Assembly (NCBI GenBank): GCA_030950485.1 | Contig: JAUZRK010000025.1 | Span: 8,236-72,235, forward strand | Source of the DNA: Candidatus Dojkabacteria bacterium | Lineage (GTDB): Bacteria > Patescibacteriota > Dojkabacteria > J137 | Direction: 5' to 3' | Length of the DNA: 64,000 bases | In this document: piece after piece, positions 19,812-30,193 of the stretch | Numbering within the stretch: position 1 is the stretch's first letter | How the letters are laid out: the number at the start of each line of letters is the position of its first letter | Notes under the pieces: generated by a model | The model's input: the letters and a program-made list of their open reading frames with translations, nothing else | Databases searched by the model: none | What the model was told of the DNA's origin: nothing | Program-made: the position numbers and the translations under genes

Positions 19812-21679
19812 ATGTTAACTAAACTGCCCAGATACAGATCTAGTGATCTATATTCAATTATTCAGAGCAACAAATACAAGGTCGTAGGATTAATTTTGAC
19901 TGCATTTCTTGCAGTTTTTTTATTCTCAAATTTAGGTGGTAAAGAAAATAAGAGTAAGCAGGATAGAAAATAATTACTGCTGAAGAAGTATCAAAGTTCG
20001 TAAATTTAGAAGAAGGTAGAATTTCTGATGAAAGAAAATATACTCTAAGTTCTGCTGAACTTGATCAATATATAAGAGGAACTCAGGCAGTTGAATTGAA
20101 GAAATTAAAATATTCTGATAAAGATAAATTTGATAGTGTTGTAAATTACGTATCTGAAGATCAGATATTTGCAAGTAAGTATATTGACAAAAATGGAGGA
20201 ATGCTAAGTACAGATTTTATCAATGTAACATTTGAAGAGGATACAGTAAGCGAGCCTGTAATATTAACTTATCAAGTTATTAATGGAGAACCTAGTTCTT
20301 TAGGTAATAGTTTTGAGTTGACTGCTACAAACTTAGAAGGGGAAGAAGTAAATACGTTCAGCAAAGAAGTAATGATAAATGGAATACTGTGGATTTAAAA
20401 GCTGAAATAAGTGAAGAAGGTATAGTTATTGCTACTAATCACTTTACTGAATTTACTGTAAGTGAGACTTACCCTGTAGATTACCCAGTACCAGGGCCTG
20501 CTCCAACTCCCACTCCACCTGGAGAAGTAACACCTGAAGAAGAGGAATATATTTATAAAGATTGTACAACTTATTTTGTAGACGACTCGTATGCAGTTGA
20601 TGAAGATCCTGATGATGATATAGATAGAACACCATGTGTAATTGAGGGAAGTTCAAGTTTTGGTGGTAGCACAGATACAGTAGGTGCAATAGGAGGTTCA
20701 AGATATTCAATGTGGTTAGAACCTTTAGCTAGTTCTAAATATACTTGGCAACATGATTATAAAAATTTAAGTGGTACTTATAAGATTTTCGCTACAGTAC
20801 CTAATGTAGCTAGAGTCTTAAAATAATGATGAAGAGACAAATGACATTTACTATGTATTAGCAAATGTAACTTACCTTGTAAATTCTGCAGATGGTCTTG
20901 TCGAAGTCCCTATAGACCAAAAAGAGGTAGGTTTAGACAATGCTTTAGCTGAACTAGGCGAATTTAACTTTAGTGGAGAAGAAGGTGAAAATGTTTCTAT
21001 TGTATATTCATTTTTTGATAGTAGAGAGCTAGCTGATGATGAAATTGAAGCTGCAGAAGACAAATCAGTTGAAAATATAGCTGTAGCTTATGCTATATGT
21101 ATTACCTAAGAAGATGATTGTCCCGCTGGTCTAGGAGATGTTATACCTCCTACTATAGAGAATGTAGAAATAGGATTATACGATGGTAAAATGTATGTCA
21201 CCGCAACAATAACAGATAATAATGAGGTATCAACTGCAGTTCTATTTTTAAATGAAAAAATTGTACCTTTTGTAAGAATTGAAGGTGATCTATGGGGAGC
21301 GATTGGTGAATATGAAATAGGTTCTGACTTAGATTATCATATAGAAGCATATGATGCTTCTGGTAACACTGGTAAATGGTATCCAGATCGTGGTTATCCA
21401 ACTAGGGGTACAGAAAATACTTTATCAGGTATACCTGATTGGTCAGAATTTGTTGATATTGAACATTATGGAATGGTGATGAATGGTGTAGAAGATACGA
21501 CTAGCGACATGGTTAAGAGTTATGCAGGTGCTCATGAAAATTATACGTTTACTAATTTAGGTAATGGAAGTACTAAACTAGATATAAATGTAGATGTTGC
21601 TGAAGATTTTAAGAAAGATATGGAAGATTCTTGGCCAAAGGCTTTAGAGAAGTTAAAAGAAATTGCGGAGAGAGATTAA
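19812..21679 (+). pseudogene. large secreted protein gene broken into 5 segments (3 frameshifts and an in-frame TAA at 21107)
   Basis: Signal-anchor ORF 19812-19973, then protein-like reading continues in frame 2 (19967-20398), frame 1 (20389-20826), frame 2 (20825-21106) and after TAA 21107-21109 same frame to 21679. Confidence 0.6.
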
Positions 21680-21694
21680 TAATTTATATTTCTT

Positions 21695-22245
21695 ATGAGC
21701 AAAATTAAATTTTCAGCTTTTTCAGTATCTTTAGATGGATTTATGAAAATAAAGAAGGAGAAAAATGAATTGATAACGATTTTGCAATTTAATCCTTCGA
21801 AAATATAGGAGCGTGGATTATGGGAAGAAACATGTTTGGGCCAGTAAGAGGGGATTGGAAAGATGGGTCTTGGAAAGGCTGATGGGGAGAAAATCCACCA
21901 TATCATGCACCTGTTTATGTATTAACTAACTACCATCGTAAACCTTTGGAGTTGAAAGGTGGAACTACATTATATTTTGAAACTGAGGAAATTGAAGTTG
22001 CCCTAGGAAAAGCAAAACAATCAGCAAATGTTAGAGATATAAGAATTGGCCGAGGAGTTAGTACTATTAAACAATTTCTACAAGTGGGACTAATTGATGA
22101 AATGCACTTAGCAGTTTCTTCTGTCTTTCTTGGATCTGGAGAAAATTTGTATGAAGGAATTGATTTACCTAGCTTAGGGTTTCAAATTGAGAATGTTAAA
22201 CATGGCGAAAAAGCCACTCATGTTACTCTGATTAGACCTAATTAA
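21695..22245 (+). pseudogene. dihydrofolate reductase family (RibD C-terminal domain) protein, disrupted
   Basis: N-terminus MSKIKFSAFSVSLDGFM typical of RibD_C family ends at TAG 21806; C-terminal part (IMGRNMFGP...GGTTLYFETEEIEVALGKAK...LIDEMHLAVSSVFLGSGENLY) in another frame with in-frame TGA at 21880-21882; internal segment appears deleted. Confidence 0.7.
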
Positions 22246-22603
22246 TATCTGCAACTACATCATCTATATGCCAGGCTGGCGAGGAAATAGTAACTAGTTT
22301 GTTTTTCTCTGACGCATTTATTATTTGATGTTTCTCGAATGGTTCAAAAGTAATTAAATCTCCATCTTCTAATTTAGTAGAAGTCTTTTCTCCTGTTTTT
22401 ACATTTTCAATAACTAAATCAACCCATCCCTCTAACATCCAATAACACTTTTTAGATTCTTTATGATAATGAGCTTCTGTCGACCTTATATCTTCAGATA
22501 CAACTATGCCGAATGGAAAATCTTTTTGATTTAGGACTTCGATGAGTGATCCGCACATTTCACCTTGGATATTCTTTTGTTGATCTTTTTTTATCAGTTG
22601 CAT
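22238..22603 (-). CDS. cupin-domain protein
   Basis: 121 aa with two His-containing cupin motifs (HYHKES..., GDLITFEPFEKHQ). Confidence 0.5.
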   Translation of the reverse strand: MQLIKKDQQKNIQGEMCGSLIEVLNQKDFPFGIVVSEDIRSTEAHYHKESKKCYWMLEGWVDLVIENVKTGEKTSTKLEDGDLITFEPFEKHQIINASEKNKLVTISSPAWHIDDVVADIN

Positions 22604-22802
22604 ATTTGAATGAAAAATAATTCACTATATACTACCATTTTTGATAATATTATTCGACGAAATTTGGAGTGATTTGATAACCATTTTTAAATGAGATAGC
22701 GTCTCAGATGTAATATTGAGCTACTATAATTTTTAAAAACCTAGTAAAACTCACAATTTTGTATATTGGCGAGCAGAATTATTATCAAATTTAATCTGAT
22801 AG

Positions 22803-22843
22803 TCATATATAAATAAAGTTTAATAAACTATATTTATATATGA
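22803..22843. promoter_or_regulatory. 41-bp near-perfect palindrome in divergent promoter region (possible operator)
   Basis: TCATATATAAATAAAGTTTA/ATAAACTATATTTATATATGA, one mismatch; lies between divergently transcribed cupin gene and ORF 22904. Confidence 0.3.
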
Positions 22844-22903
22844 CACATTTATTTACTCAATTTAAGCTTATATGTTAGTATCCTATCTAAACTAAATATA
22901 CAT

Positions 22904-23293
22904 ATGAGTAAAGATTTTAACCTAATACCTGGTAACGATAATGAATCAGGTAGTGATGAGCTACTAGCTGAAAAACTATCCATCCAATTAGGTGATTCTA
23001 TCAGACGTCAAATTAATTCAGATGAAATAAGCGCTACTAATCCAGACAATAGAGACTTTCTTGAATTACTAGGTCTTACTAATATAGATTATACTCAAAA
23101 ATACGAAGGCCAACTGACAATAGAATTAGATACGCAAAATACTGAGTTTCCAGCTGCACATTTACTAATTGAATATTATCTTAAACGAATTGATATTGAT
23201 GGTAAACCAACGGAAAATTATAGATTAACATTAGGAGCAACTCTATCCTATACTCTACCTGAGGGAGCGGCTAATTTTGTTGTTGGCAGTTAG
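22904..23293 (+). CDS. hypothetical protein
   Basis: 129-aa ORF. Confidence 0.35.
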   Translation: MSKDFNLIPGNDNESGSDELLAEKLSIQLGDSIRRQINSDEISATNPDNRDFLELLGLTNIDYTQKYEGQLTIELDTQNTEFPAAHLLIEYYLKRIDIDGKPTENYRLTLGATLSYTLPEGAANFVVGS

Positions 23294-23313
23294 ATATAGA
23301 TAAACTTTCACAG

Positions 23314-23736
23314 ATGATTGCTGGTAATAAAGATTTAGATGTAGTACCAGCTATACCTTGGTATACAAATCTTTTCGTATTAGATGATTCTAATGCAGAA
23401 ACTAATTACGTATTGTTAAAAGATCATGATTCAGTATTTCCTCCTGAAGAGGAGGACGAAAAGAGAAGAAGAGCAAATGAAGCTGCTAATCTAGCAAAAA
23501 AAGAGAATGATTTAACTATATTATTTGATGCCCTTAAAATGACAAAAGAACAAATTGATCAGGCTTTTGAGGAGCAATGGCTTGGCTCAGTTCTGATATT
23601 TAACGAGGGTGGTCGAATAGGTGCACTTATATATAATACGGATGAAGCAAGTACAGCCATCCAGCACCCAATAAAAATGAAACTAGGTACAATTTTGCGT
23701 TATCAAAAGAGATTGGTAAGTCAGGAGACTCTGTAA
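23314..23736 (+). CDS. hypothetical protein (a third open frame 23646-23928 without start codon follows; possibly one frameshifted gene)
   Basis: 140-aa ORF; adjacent ORFs in three different frames with 20-nt gaps or overlaps. Confidence 0.3.
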   Translation: MIAGNKDLDVVPAIPWYTNLFVLDDSNAETNYVLLKDHDSVFPPEEEDEKRRRANEAANLAKKENDLTILFDALKMTKEQIDQAFEEQWLGSVLIFNEGGRIGALIYNTDEASTAIQHPIKMKLGTILRYQKRLVSQETL

Positions 23737-23927
23737 TCAATTTACAATTATTTGACTGGCATGAAACGACTTATTCAAAAAGTGATAGTAAAATATCTGA
23801 TCCAAAAGACCTTATACCTTTAGTTGAGTCTATACGATCAGTTGCTTCTGTAGTTAGTTCGCTCAATACTTGGATTAAATATCTAGGTGATCGTTATGAT
23901 TTCTAGAATTACTTTAGATGAAAATTA

Positions 23928-24004
23928 TGGGGTAGCTAGAGGGACTCGAACCCTCGACATCTGGTACCACAAACCAGCGCTCTACCAACTGAGCTATAGC
24001 CACC
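23928..24004 (-). tRNA. tRNA-His (GTG) with encoded G-1 and 3' CCA
   Basis: Cloverleaf derived by hand: extra 5' G pairing with discriminator C73, anticodon loop TTGTGGT, T-arm GAGGGTTCGAGTCCCTC, CCA encoded. Confidence 0.85.
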
Positions 24005-24233
24005 ATATTAAATTATACCAATTGTTCTAATTTCTAATTATTCTAAGTAATAATTTTAATGCAATCTTTTACTTTAGAGTAATTAAACCAATTAGGTTAA
24101 TTAGAATAATTCAGTTATTAATTTGCCTGTAATTTTATCATTAATAAGGTATTCAATAAAGTATAAAAGACTTTATATTACTACTAAATCCATATATCAT
24201 GTTCTCGTAAACATAAATTATGAAAGATACTAA

Positions 24234-25943
24234 ATGGAAGCATTCGTTGACTTAACAATACTAATCGGACTATCTTCAATTTTGGGAATAATATTAAATA
24301 GACTAAGGCAGCCACTAATACTAGGTTACATAGCATCAGGGATAATAATAAATTCATCAGGTCTTCTAGGATCACACTCTTTAGAGGGATTTGAACTATT
24401 TGCACAGATGGGAATAGTATTTTTACTTTTCCTTCTAGGTTTGGAACTAGATATTAAAGATCTAGGTAAAGTTGGTATATCAGCACTAGCTACTGGAATT
24501 GGACAAATACTATTTACATCTATATTCGGAACACTTATAGCCCTAGCTTTAGGCTATAGCGGCACTGCAGCTATAATTATAGCTATTGCGCTAACTTTTA
24601 GTAGTACTATCGTAATAGTTAAGTTATTGTCCCAAATAGAAGCCCTAGATCTTCTTTACGGTAAGGTTTCAATAAGTTTTCTTTTAGTTCAAGACTTAGC
24701 TGCAATAATAATCTTAATAGGCTTATCTGCATCATTTCAAGCAGACGGCGGTAATACTACATTAGAAGTTCTAAGATTACTGTCTACAATACCTCTTATA
24801 CTATCATTTCTATATCTATTTAATGATTTCATAATAGACTTTTTAATAAAAATAACAGGACACGATAGAGAGGTTTTATTTCTTTTAGTACTATCAATTG
24901 CTCTAACGTTTTCTGCTTTAATGGCAAGTGATTTCTTTGGACTTTCACTAGAGATAGGAGCTATAGCAGCTGGAATTTCATTATCAAATAAGCGAGAAGC
25001 ACTACAAATAGAGAGTTGGACTAAACCACTTAGAGATTTCTTTATAACTATATTTTTTGTAATATTAGGTTTTCAAATAGAAGTAAATTCTATAGGTGAC
25101 GCTATATTCCCAGCACTTATCTTCTCTGGTTTTGTTCTAATAGGAAATCCTCTAATAGTAATGGCTATTATGAGATTTTTAAAATTTGATTCTATTACTT
25201 CATTTAAAGCAGGGCTAACAGTAGCTCAAATTTCTGAGTTCAGTCTATTAGTAGCAGCTCTAAGTTTAGAGGCTGGAAAGATAGAAGACAAAGATATGAC
25301 AGTTCTTACACTTGTAGGAGGAATTACAATGACTATTTCAAGTTATATGATTATATATTCTGATCATTTATATGAAAAACTCAAACCAGTATTAAAGATA
25401 ATGAGGCTATATAAGAAAGAAGAATACGATACTTCGAATTTAAGAAGAAAACAAATTAAAAATAAAATAGTAGTATTTGGATTCAATAGAATGGCTAGGA
25501 GTATTAAAGATCTTATTAAAGAAAAAGAAATCAAATTTATAGTTATAGATAGAAGTCCTGAAAGACTAAAAAAAGCAGAAAGTATAGGAGCTACAGTTGT
25601 ATATGGTGATCTTAAGGATGATGATATTTTAAAGGGATTAAAACTTGAAGAAGCTGAAGTAATAGTATCTACTGTTCCTGATATAGCAGCAAATCTAAAT
25701 TTATTAAATCATTTAGAGGATCTTAATATAGAAGTACCTACTATACTAAATGCTTTTCACGATGAGGATGCTCTTGAATTATATGAGCATGGCGCAGACT
25801 TTGTACTACACCCTTATGTAGAAGTAAGTAGAGTTATTCATAGAATTCTAACAAATAAGGACGTAGCAGGCTCAGTAAAAAGAGCTTCAGTTAGAGATAT
25901 TGAGTATCTAAATTATCATGTAAAGGATGAGGAAGGGTTTTAA
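24234..25943 (+). CDS. monovalent cation:proton antiporter-2 (KefB/KefC-like) with C-terminal TrkA-N/RCK domain
   Basis: 12-13 TM helices; C-terminal KIVVFGFNRMARSIKDLI...IVIDRSPERL Rossmann-like RCK domain. Confidence 0.75.
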   Translation: MEAFVDLTILIGLSSILGIILNRLRQPLILGYIASGIIINSSGLLGSHSLEGFELFAQMGIVFLLFLLGLELDIKDLGKVGISALATGIGQILFTSIFGTLIALALGYSGTAAIIIAIALTFSSTIVIVKLLSQIEALDLLYGKVSISFLLVQDLAAIIILIGLSASFQADGGNTTLEVLRLLSTIPLILSFLYLFNDFIIDFLIKITGHDREVLFLLVLSIALTFSALMASDFFGLSLEIGAIAAGISLSNKREALQIESWTKPLRDFFITIFFVILGFQIEVNSIGDAIFPALIFSGFVLIGNPLIVMAIMRFLKFDSITSFKAGLTVAQISEFSLLVAALSLEAGKIEDKDMTVLTLVGGITMTISSYMIIYSDHLYEKLKPVLKIMRLYKKEEYDTSNLRRKQIKNKIVVFGFNRMARSIKDLIKEKEIKFIVIDRSPERLKKAESIGATVVYGDLKDDDILKGLKLEEAEVIVSTVPDIAANLNLLNHLEDLNIEVPTILNAFHDEDALELYEHGADFVLHPYVEVSRVIHRILTNKDVAGSVKRASVRDIEYLNYHVKDEEGF

Positions 25944-26002
25944 ATCCACTTTCTTATTCACTTCATTTTAAGCAATAATTGTGACGCCAAATACTGCAAA
26001 CA

Positions 26003-26011
26003 TGGTATAAT
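26003..26011 (+). promoter_or_regulatory. extended -10 promoter element (TGgTATAAT) upstream of 26033 gene
   Basis: TGGTATAAT located 22 nt upstream of ATG. Confidence 0.4.
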
Positions 26012-26032
26012 ATCGTAGTTATATACAATATT

Positions 26033-27151
26033 ATGCCTAATTTAAACGATATCAAAGATATAGAACCTAATATAGTAGATCAGATACTTGATGATTCAAG
26101 AAATGTATCTGATTGTAGAGAAAATGTGGGCTACAAAAATTCATTCTATGCTGCTGGCTCAGATAGTACAGCAATAGTAAAAGCTAGTATTGAAGCAAAG
26201 GTAGCGAGTAATGAAACTGGACTTCCAATTAAAGTAGCAATGGTAGCAAGTTCTGGAGATTCTATATTAGAAGCTATAGCTGAAGGCGTTAGTGAAATAG
26301 ATGCTTTTGATGTTTCGCAGCTAGCATTAGAATATATGAATTTGAAAATAGCTGCAGTAAAGTATCTTGAGTATGAGCAATACGTAGAGATTTTTGATTT
26401 AAGCCAGAAGTTGAAAGCAGATAATAGTATTGAAATACTAAATGATATTGATCTTCAAGTATTACAACCGATTCTTATAAATAATGGTTTATCTGAAACA
26501 TATAGATTATTTAGTACACTTGTAGAAGAAGGTCATCTTATATCCACTAGTAATCAAGAAGTAAAAAATACAATTACAACAGTTAGAACTAAGCATAAGG
26601 AAAGTAGATCAACCAATATACCAACTAGCCCAGATTTTGTAGATAATAGCGAAGACTTCTATAAAGCAAAGTCACAATTAGTAAATAGAAACGTTAAAGT
26701 TAATAGTAGACTAATATCAGTTGATAGTTTTTATGTAAATGAACAAGATCAAGCTGAATATGATTTTATATTTATTAGTAATATTGGAATTAATTCAGCA
26801 GCTACTATAGAAGTTGCACAAAAGATATTACTTTCAGGTATAACTGATTGTGTAATATTCACAACAGGTTTTACTTATTTAGGTAGAGATGAAATTAACC
26901 CGTCAAATACAGTTCTTAGATATTACGGAACAGATATGTATTTTATTGATGATTACTTAATCGAAGAAGGTAGGAGTACTAAAATTAAAGTTTATAGAGG
27001 AGTTTTTGATTCTAAGAATTTTTCGCCCTCTTATCTAGTCATTACTTGTAATGGTTTTGACTCAAGCGTTTTTGGTGGTGAAAATGTATTTACTGCAAGA
27101 CTATTGGGTGAGCCTGAAAGTATAAAACTTAATGAAGGAATACAAAGCTAA
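26033..27151 (+). CDS. BtaA-like/DUF3419-family putative SAM-dependent transferase (paralog 1)
   Basis: MVASSGDSILEAIAEG..IDAFDVSQLALEYMNLKIAAVKYLEYEQYVEIFD resembles the TSAGCN...DLNPAQNALLELKIAA core of DUF3419/BtaA; later YDFIFISNIG. Confidence 0.45.
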   Translation: MPNLNDIKDIEPNIVDQILDDSRNVSDCRENVGYKNSFYAAGSDSTAIVKASIEAKVASNETGLPIKVAMVASSGDSILEAIAEGVSEIDAFDVSQLALEYMNLKIAAVKYLEYEQYVEIFDLSQKLKADNSIEILNDIDLQVLQPILINNGLSETYRLFSTLVEEGHLISTSNQEVKNTITTVRTKHKESRSTNIPTSPDFVDNSEDFYKAKSQLVNRNVKVNSRLISVDSFYVNEQDQAEYDFIFISNIGINSAATIEVAQKILLSGITDCVIFTTGFTYLGRDEINPSNTVLRYYGTDMYFIDDYLIEEGRSTKIKVYRGVFDSKNFSPSYLVITCNGFDSSVFGGENVFTARLLGEPESIKLNEGIQS

Positions 27152-27177
27152 TTTTTTTTGGTGATTATATTAGATAT

Positions 27178-28260
27178 ATGAGTACAGTTGATTTCTATCA
27201 GAATGAAGAGATAGAAGATGTTTATGATTCAATACTAGATAGGGCTAAACAAGCTTTGTCTAATCCAGAAATTGAGGGGACATATTTGAACTCCTTCTAC
27301 CCTACTTCTTCAGATGGTCTTTTAAGAGTTAGGGATGAAATAAGTATAATTGTCCAGGAAGCTGAGGGTTCAGAGGTGAGCTCAGCTATGGTAGCAAGCT
27401 CCGGAGATGCAGTACTTCTTGCAATTTCAGAAGGGGTTAGAAAAATTGATGTTTTTGATGTATCTCAAATTGCTCTAGCATATACTCAGCTAAAATTAGT
27501 AGCAGTGAAGTATCTAGATTATGATGATTACATCTCAATCTTTGATATGAATCATAAATTAAATGAAAACACTGTTCTAACAGAAGGTGATATTGCTAAA
27601 TTGAAAATACCTTTGGAAACAGAAGGTTTAGTAAAGCTACACGATCTAATGGTTAATGTACTAGAAATCGGAGCTCTTAACTTAGACTACAATAAACTAG
27701 TAAGATACCGAGAAGTTAGAACTGAAACAAGTAGCATGGCTACTCCACCAGCATTTTCTGGAGATAGAAAAGCTTTCATGCATGCCAAGGCACAATTAAA
27801 AAATAATAATGTTGAAGCTAGTTTTAAAGAAATTGACGCTGAATATATAGTTACAGAAGAAGATGAAATATATGATTACATATTTTTGAGCAATATAGGA
27901 ATAGAATTCGAATCTACTGTCGGTTATGCAAATTGGCTACTGGCTAACGATATAACAAAAAAAGTTATATTTACAGGTGGATTTTGGTATGAAGATAGTG
28001 GTATTAATCCCACTAGAAATATTATTAAAATAGATGATCAACTGACTTTTCGAGGCAAGCCATTAGAAACTAATGCTGCTATTAAGCGAGTAAAAAGTAA
28101 GTATAATTATCCAATAACGGTTGTATACACAGATGGGAATCATAATATTCATGGTGGTGGTCTAGTTTTTGAGGCTACAAGAGCTGATAATCTGAATAAA
28201 AAGCTGTGGATTGAATCACGACTACAAAGGCTTCAAAGATTCTTAGGTCTTGAACAATAA
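27178..28260 (+). CDS. BtaA-like/DUF3419-family putative SAM-dependent transferase (paralog 2)
   Basis: Same motif set as upstream paralog (MVASSGDAVLLAISEG..IDVFDVSQIALAYTQLKLVAVKYLDYDDYISIFD; YDYIFLSNIG). Confidence 0.45.
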   Translation: MSTVDFYQNEEIEDVYDSILDRAKQALSNPEIEGTYLNSFYPTSSDGLLRVRDEISIIVQEAEGSEVSSAMVASSGDAVLLAISEGVRKIDVFDVSQIALAYTQLKLVAVKYLDYDDYISIFDMNHKLNENTVLTEGDIAKLKIPLETEGLVKLHDLMVNVLEIGALNLDYNKLVRYREVRTETSSMATPPAFSGDRKAFMHAKAQLKNNNVEASFKEIDAEYIVTEEDEIYDYIFLSNIGIEFESTVGYANWLLANDITKKVIFTGGFWYEDSGINPTRNIIKIDDQLTFRGKPLETNAAIKRVKSKYNYPITVVYTDGNHNIHGGGLVFEATRADNLNKKLWIESRLQRLQRFLGLEQ

Positions 28261-28398
28261 TAGTCAAAAGTTAACCTCTATATAATGATAATTGAGATAA
28301 TCTTTAATTCTTTATACCTTCAAAGTTATTCGGGACAGGCTTCTCGTCTTACTAGGAACGATTATATATTTAGTTCTATGTTACGGGAGTTTATTACT

Positions 28399-28473
28399 TG
28401 GTGAGCTGGGTGGGACTCGAACCCACAACCAATGCCTTAAGAGGGCACTGCTCTACCATTGAGCTACCAACCC
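28399..28473 (-). tRNA. tRNA-Lys (CTT), CCA encoded
   Basis: Hand-folded cloverleaf: acceptor GGGTTGG/CCAGCTC (2 GU), D-arm GCTCAATGGTAGAGC, anticodon loop CTCTTAA, T-arm GTGGGTTCGAGTCCCAC, ACCA 3' end. Confidence 0.85.
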
Positions 28474-28490
28474 ATGGAGGATTTTAAATA

Positions 28491-28563
28491 TACGCCAGGC
28501 ACGATTCGAACGTGCGACCTACTGCTTAGAAGGCAGTTGCTCTATCCACTGAGCTACTGGCGC
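28491..28563 (-). tRNA. tRNA-Arg (TCT), CCA not encoded
   Basis: Acceptor GCGCCAG/CTGGCGT, D-arm GCTCAGTGGATAGAGC, anticodon stem ACTGC/GCAGT with loop CTTCTAA, T-arm GCACGTTCGAATCGTGC. Confidence 0.85.
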
Positions 28564-28682
28564 ATAACTTTATAAGTGTACACTTATTTGTGAGTTTTTA
28601 AAAGAACTGTTAAAAAGTCTGGAAGAATTTTAACACTTTTTAGTGATCTATTAAAGTCTTTAAAACTAAGGTATAATTAATA

Positions 28683-29546
28683 GTGATGAAGATATCCGAT
28701 AAATATAAAAATAAAATAATTGATGGGAAAAAGCTATCTTTAGAAATCAACATAGCTACTAAAGAATTCATTGCTAGATCTACTAATAAGTTTAAATTAG
28801 CAATAATATTAGCTTCTAATGATAAATCAAGTGAGGTATATGTTCGCTTGAAGAAAAAGAAAGCAATTGAGCTTGGTATAGAAATTGAAATCGTATCTTT
28901 CGATAATTCAATAAGTAAGACTGGATTATTAAATAAAATAGAATCATTAAATAGCGATAAGTCTATCAATGGAATTTTACTTCAACTTCCCTTATATGAT
29001 CATTTAGAAGATAATCGATCTGAAATTATAAATTCAATAAAAGCAGAAAAAGATGTAGATGGACTAACTGCAATGCAACTTGGAATGAGTATTCATAGCA
29101 ATCCAAATAGTTTCCGTCCAGCTACAGTAGTAGCAATACTCGAGGCTCTTAAAAGTGTTGTAGAAGACTTTATTAAACTAAAGGGTAAGAATATAGTAAT
29201 TTTAAATAATTCTAATCTAATCGGAAAACCTCTGGCAATGATTTTAAGTAATTATGGAGCTATTGTTACTATTGCAAATGAAAATATTACAGATTTGAAT
29301 GATATTACAAAAAAAGCAGATGTCTTAGTAACAGCTACTGGTAAGACAAATCTTATGGATTATTCAATGGTAAAAAATGGTGCTATTTTAATTGATGTTA
29401 CTAGTGTCTCAACTAAAAATGGCGTACTTGGAGATATTATTCCAACCGAGGAGCTTTTAGAAAAATGTAGTTACTATACACCAGTTCCTGGAGGAATCGG
29501 ACCTATGACTATTGCTTGTTTACTTAGAAATGTTATAAAAACCTAA
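28683..29546 (+). CDS. folD: bifunctional methylenetetrahydrofolate dehydrogenase/cyclohydrolase
   Basis: 287 aa; ...VYVRLKKKK..., DVDGL, PVPGGIGPMTIACLL motifs. Confidence 0.9.
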   Translation: MMKISDKYKNKIIDGKKLSLEINIATKEFIARSTNKFKLAIILASNDKSSEVYVRLKKKKAIELGIEIEIVSFDNSISKTGLLNKIESLNSDKSINGILLQLPLYDHLEDNRSEIINSIKAEKDVDGLTAMQLGMSIHSNPNSFRPATVVAILEALKSVVEDFIKLKGKNIVILNNSNLIGKPLAMILSNYGAIVTIANENITDLNDITKKADVLVTATGKTNLMDYSMVKNGAILIDVTSVSTKNGVLGDIIPTEELLEKCSYYTPVPGGIGPMTIACLLRNVIKT

Positions 29547-29578
29547 TAAATAATTAGAATAAAAATGGATAAAATAGT

Positions 29579-30193
29579 TTGGGCAAAAGCAAAGAAAATG
29601 TAAAAGATGGAACTATATTCCAAATCAGAGATGCTGAAGCATTTGTTGATTTAAGAGAACAGCGAGGTAAAGTTATAATAGGCAACTCTTACTTAATTAT
29701 GATTATTGATAAAGAGAGTAAGAAGGAACTTATAGCTACAGAGAAGATCACAAATCATTTATTGGAAACTGTTGAGGAGGATTTGTACAAGAAAAATGAT
29801 AAAGTATCTGGATACATCTACCAGAAAACTCAGTTCGGACTTAAAGTTTGTTTCGATGAAAAATATAGTGGAGTTATATATGCTAACGAGATATTTAAAA
29901 ATTATAGAATCGGAGAGAAAGTTGATTTATACATTAAAGAAGTGCGCCCAGATTTAAAAGTTACTTTATCATTTCAACCTATAGGTTTCATAGCTGCAAT
30001 GGATGCAACGCAAGCTATTGTAATGGAGCGATTAAAGAGCGCGAATGGGTATTTAAGTGTTTCTGATAAGTCTTCACCAGAACTTATTAAAAAAGTTTTA
30101 GGTATTAGTAAGAAGAAATATAAAGACGCAATAGGAGGTCTTTATCGAGATAGAAAAATTCTTATAAAAGTAAACGGTATTGAACTCATATAA
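29579..30193 (+). CDS. CvfB/YitL-family S1-domain RNA-binding protein, N-terminally shortened (TTG start)
   Basis: C-terminal LSVSDKSSPELIKKVLGISKKKYKDAIGGLYRDRKILI matches CvfB winged-helix tail; only about 205 aa versus about 290, no room for first S1 domain between folD stop and this ORF. Confidence 0.6.
   Translation: MGKSKENVKDGTIFQIRDAEAFVDLREQRGKVIIGNSYLIMIIDKESKKELIATEKITNHLLETVEEDLYKKNDKVSGYIYQKTQFGLKVCFDEKYSGVIYANEIFKNYRIGEKVDLYIKEVRPDLKVTLSFQPIGFIAAMDATQAIVMERLKSANGYLSVSDKSSPELIKKVLGISKKKYKDAIGGLYRDRKILIKVNGIELI

Noticed and set aside
20480-20530. Pro/Thr-rich repeat CCAGTACCAGGGCCTGCTCCAACTCCCACTCCACCT as a repetitive element
   Set aside because: It encodes a PVPGPAPTPTPPG linker within the decayed secreted-protein gene. 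It is a coding feature, not an independent repeat.
28491-28563. Possible amber-suppressor tRNA with a CUA anticodon, which would have explained the in-frame TAG codons
   Set aside because: On correct cloverleaf alignment the anticodon stem is ACTGC/GCAGT and the loop is CTTCTAA, giving anticodon TCT (Arg). The CUA reading came from a one-base misregistration.
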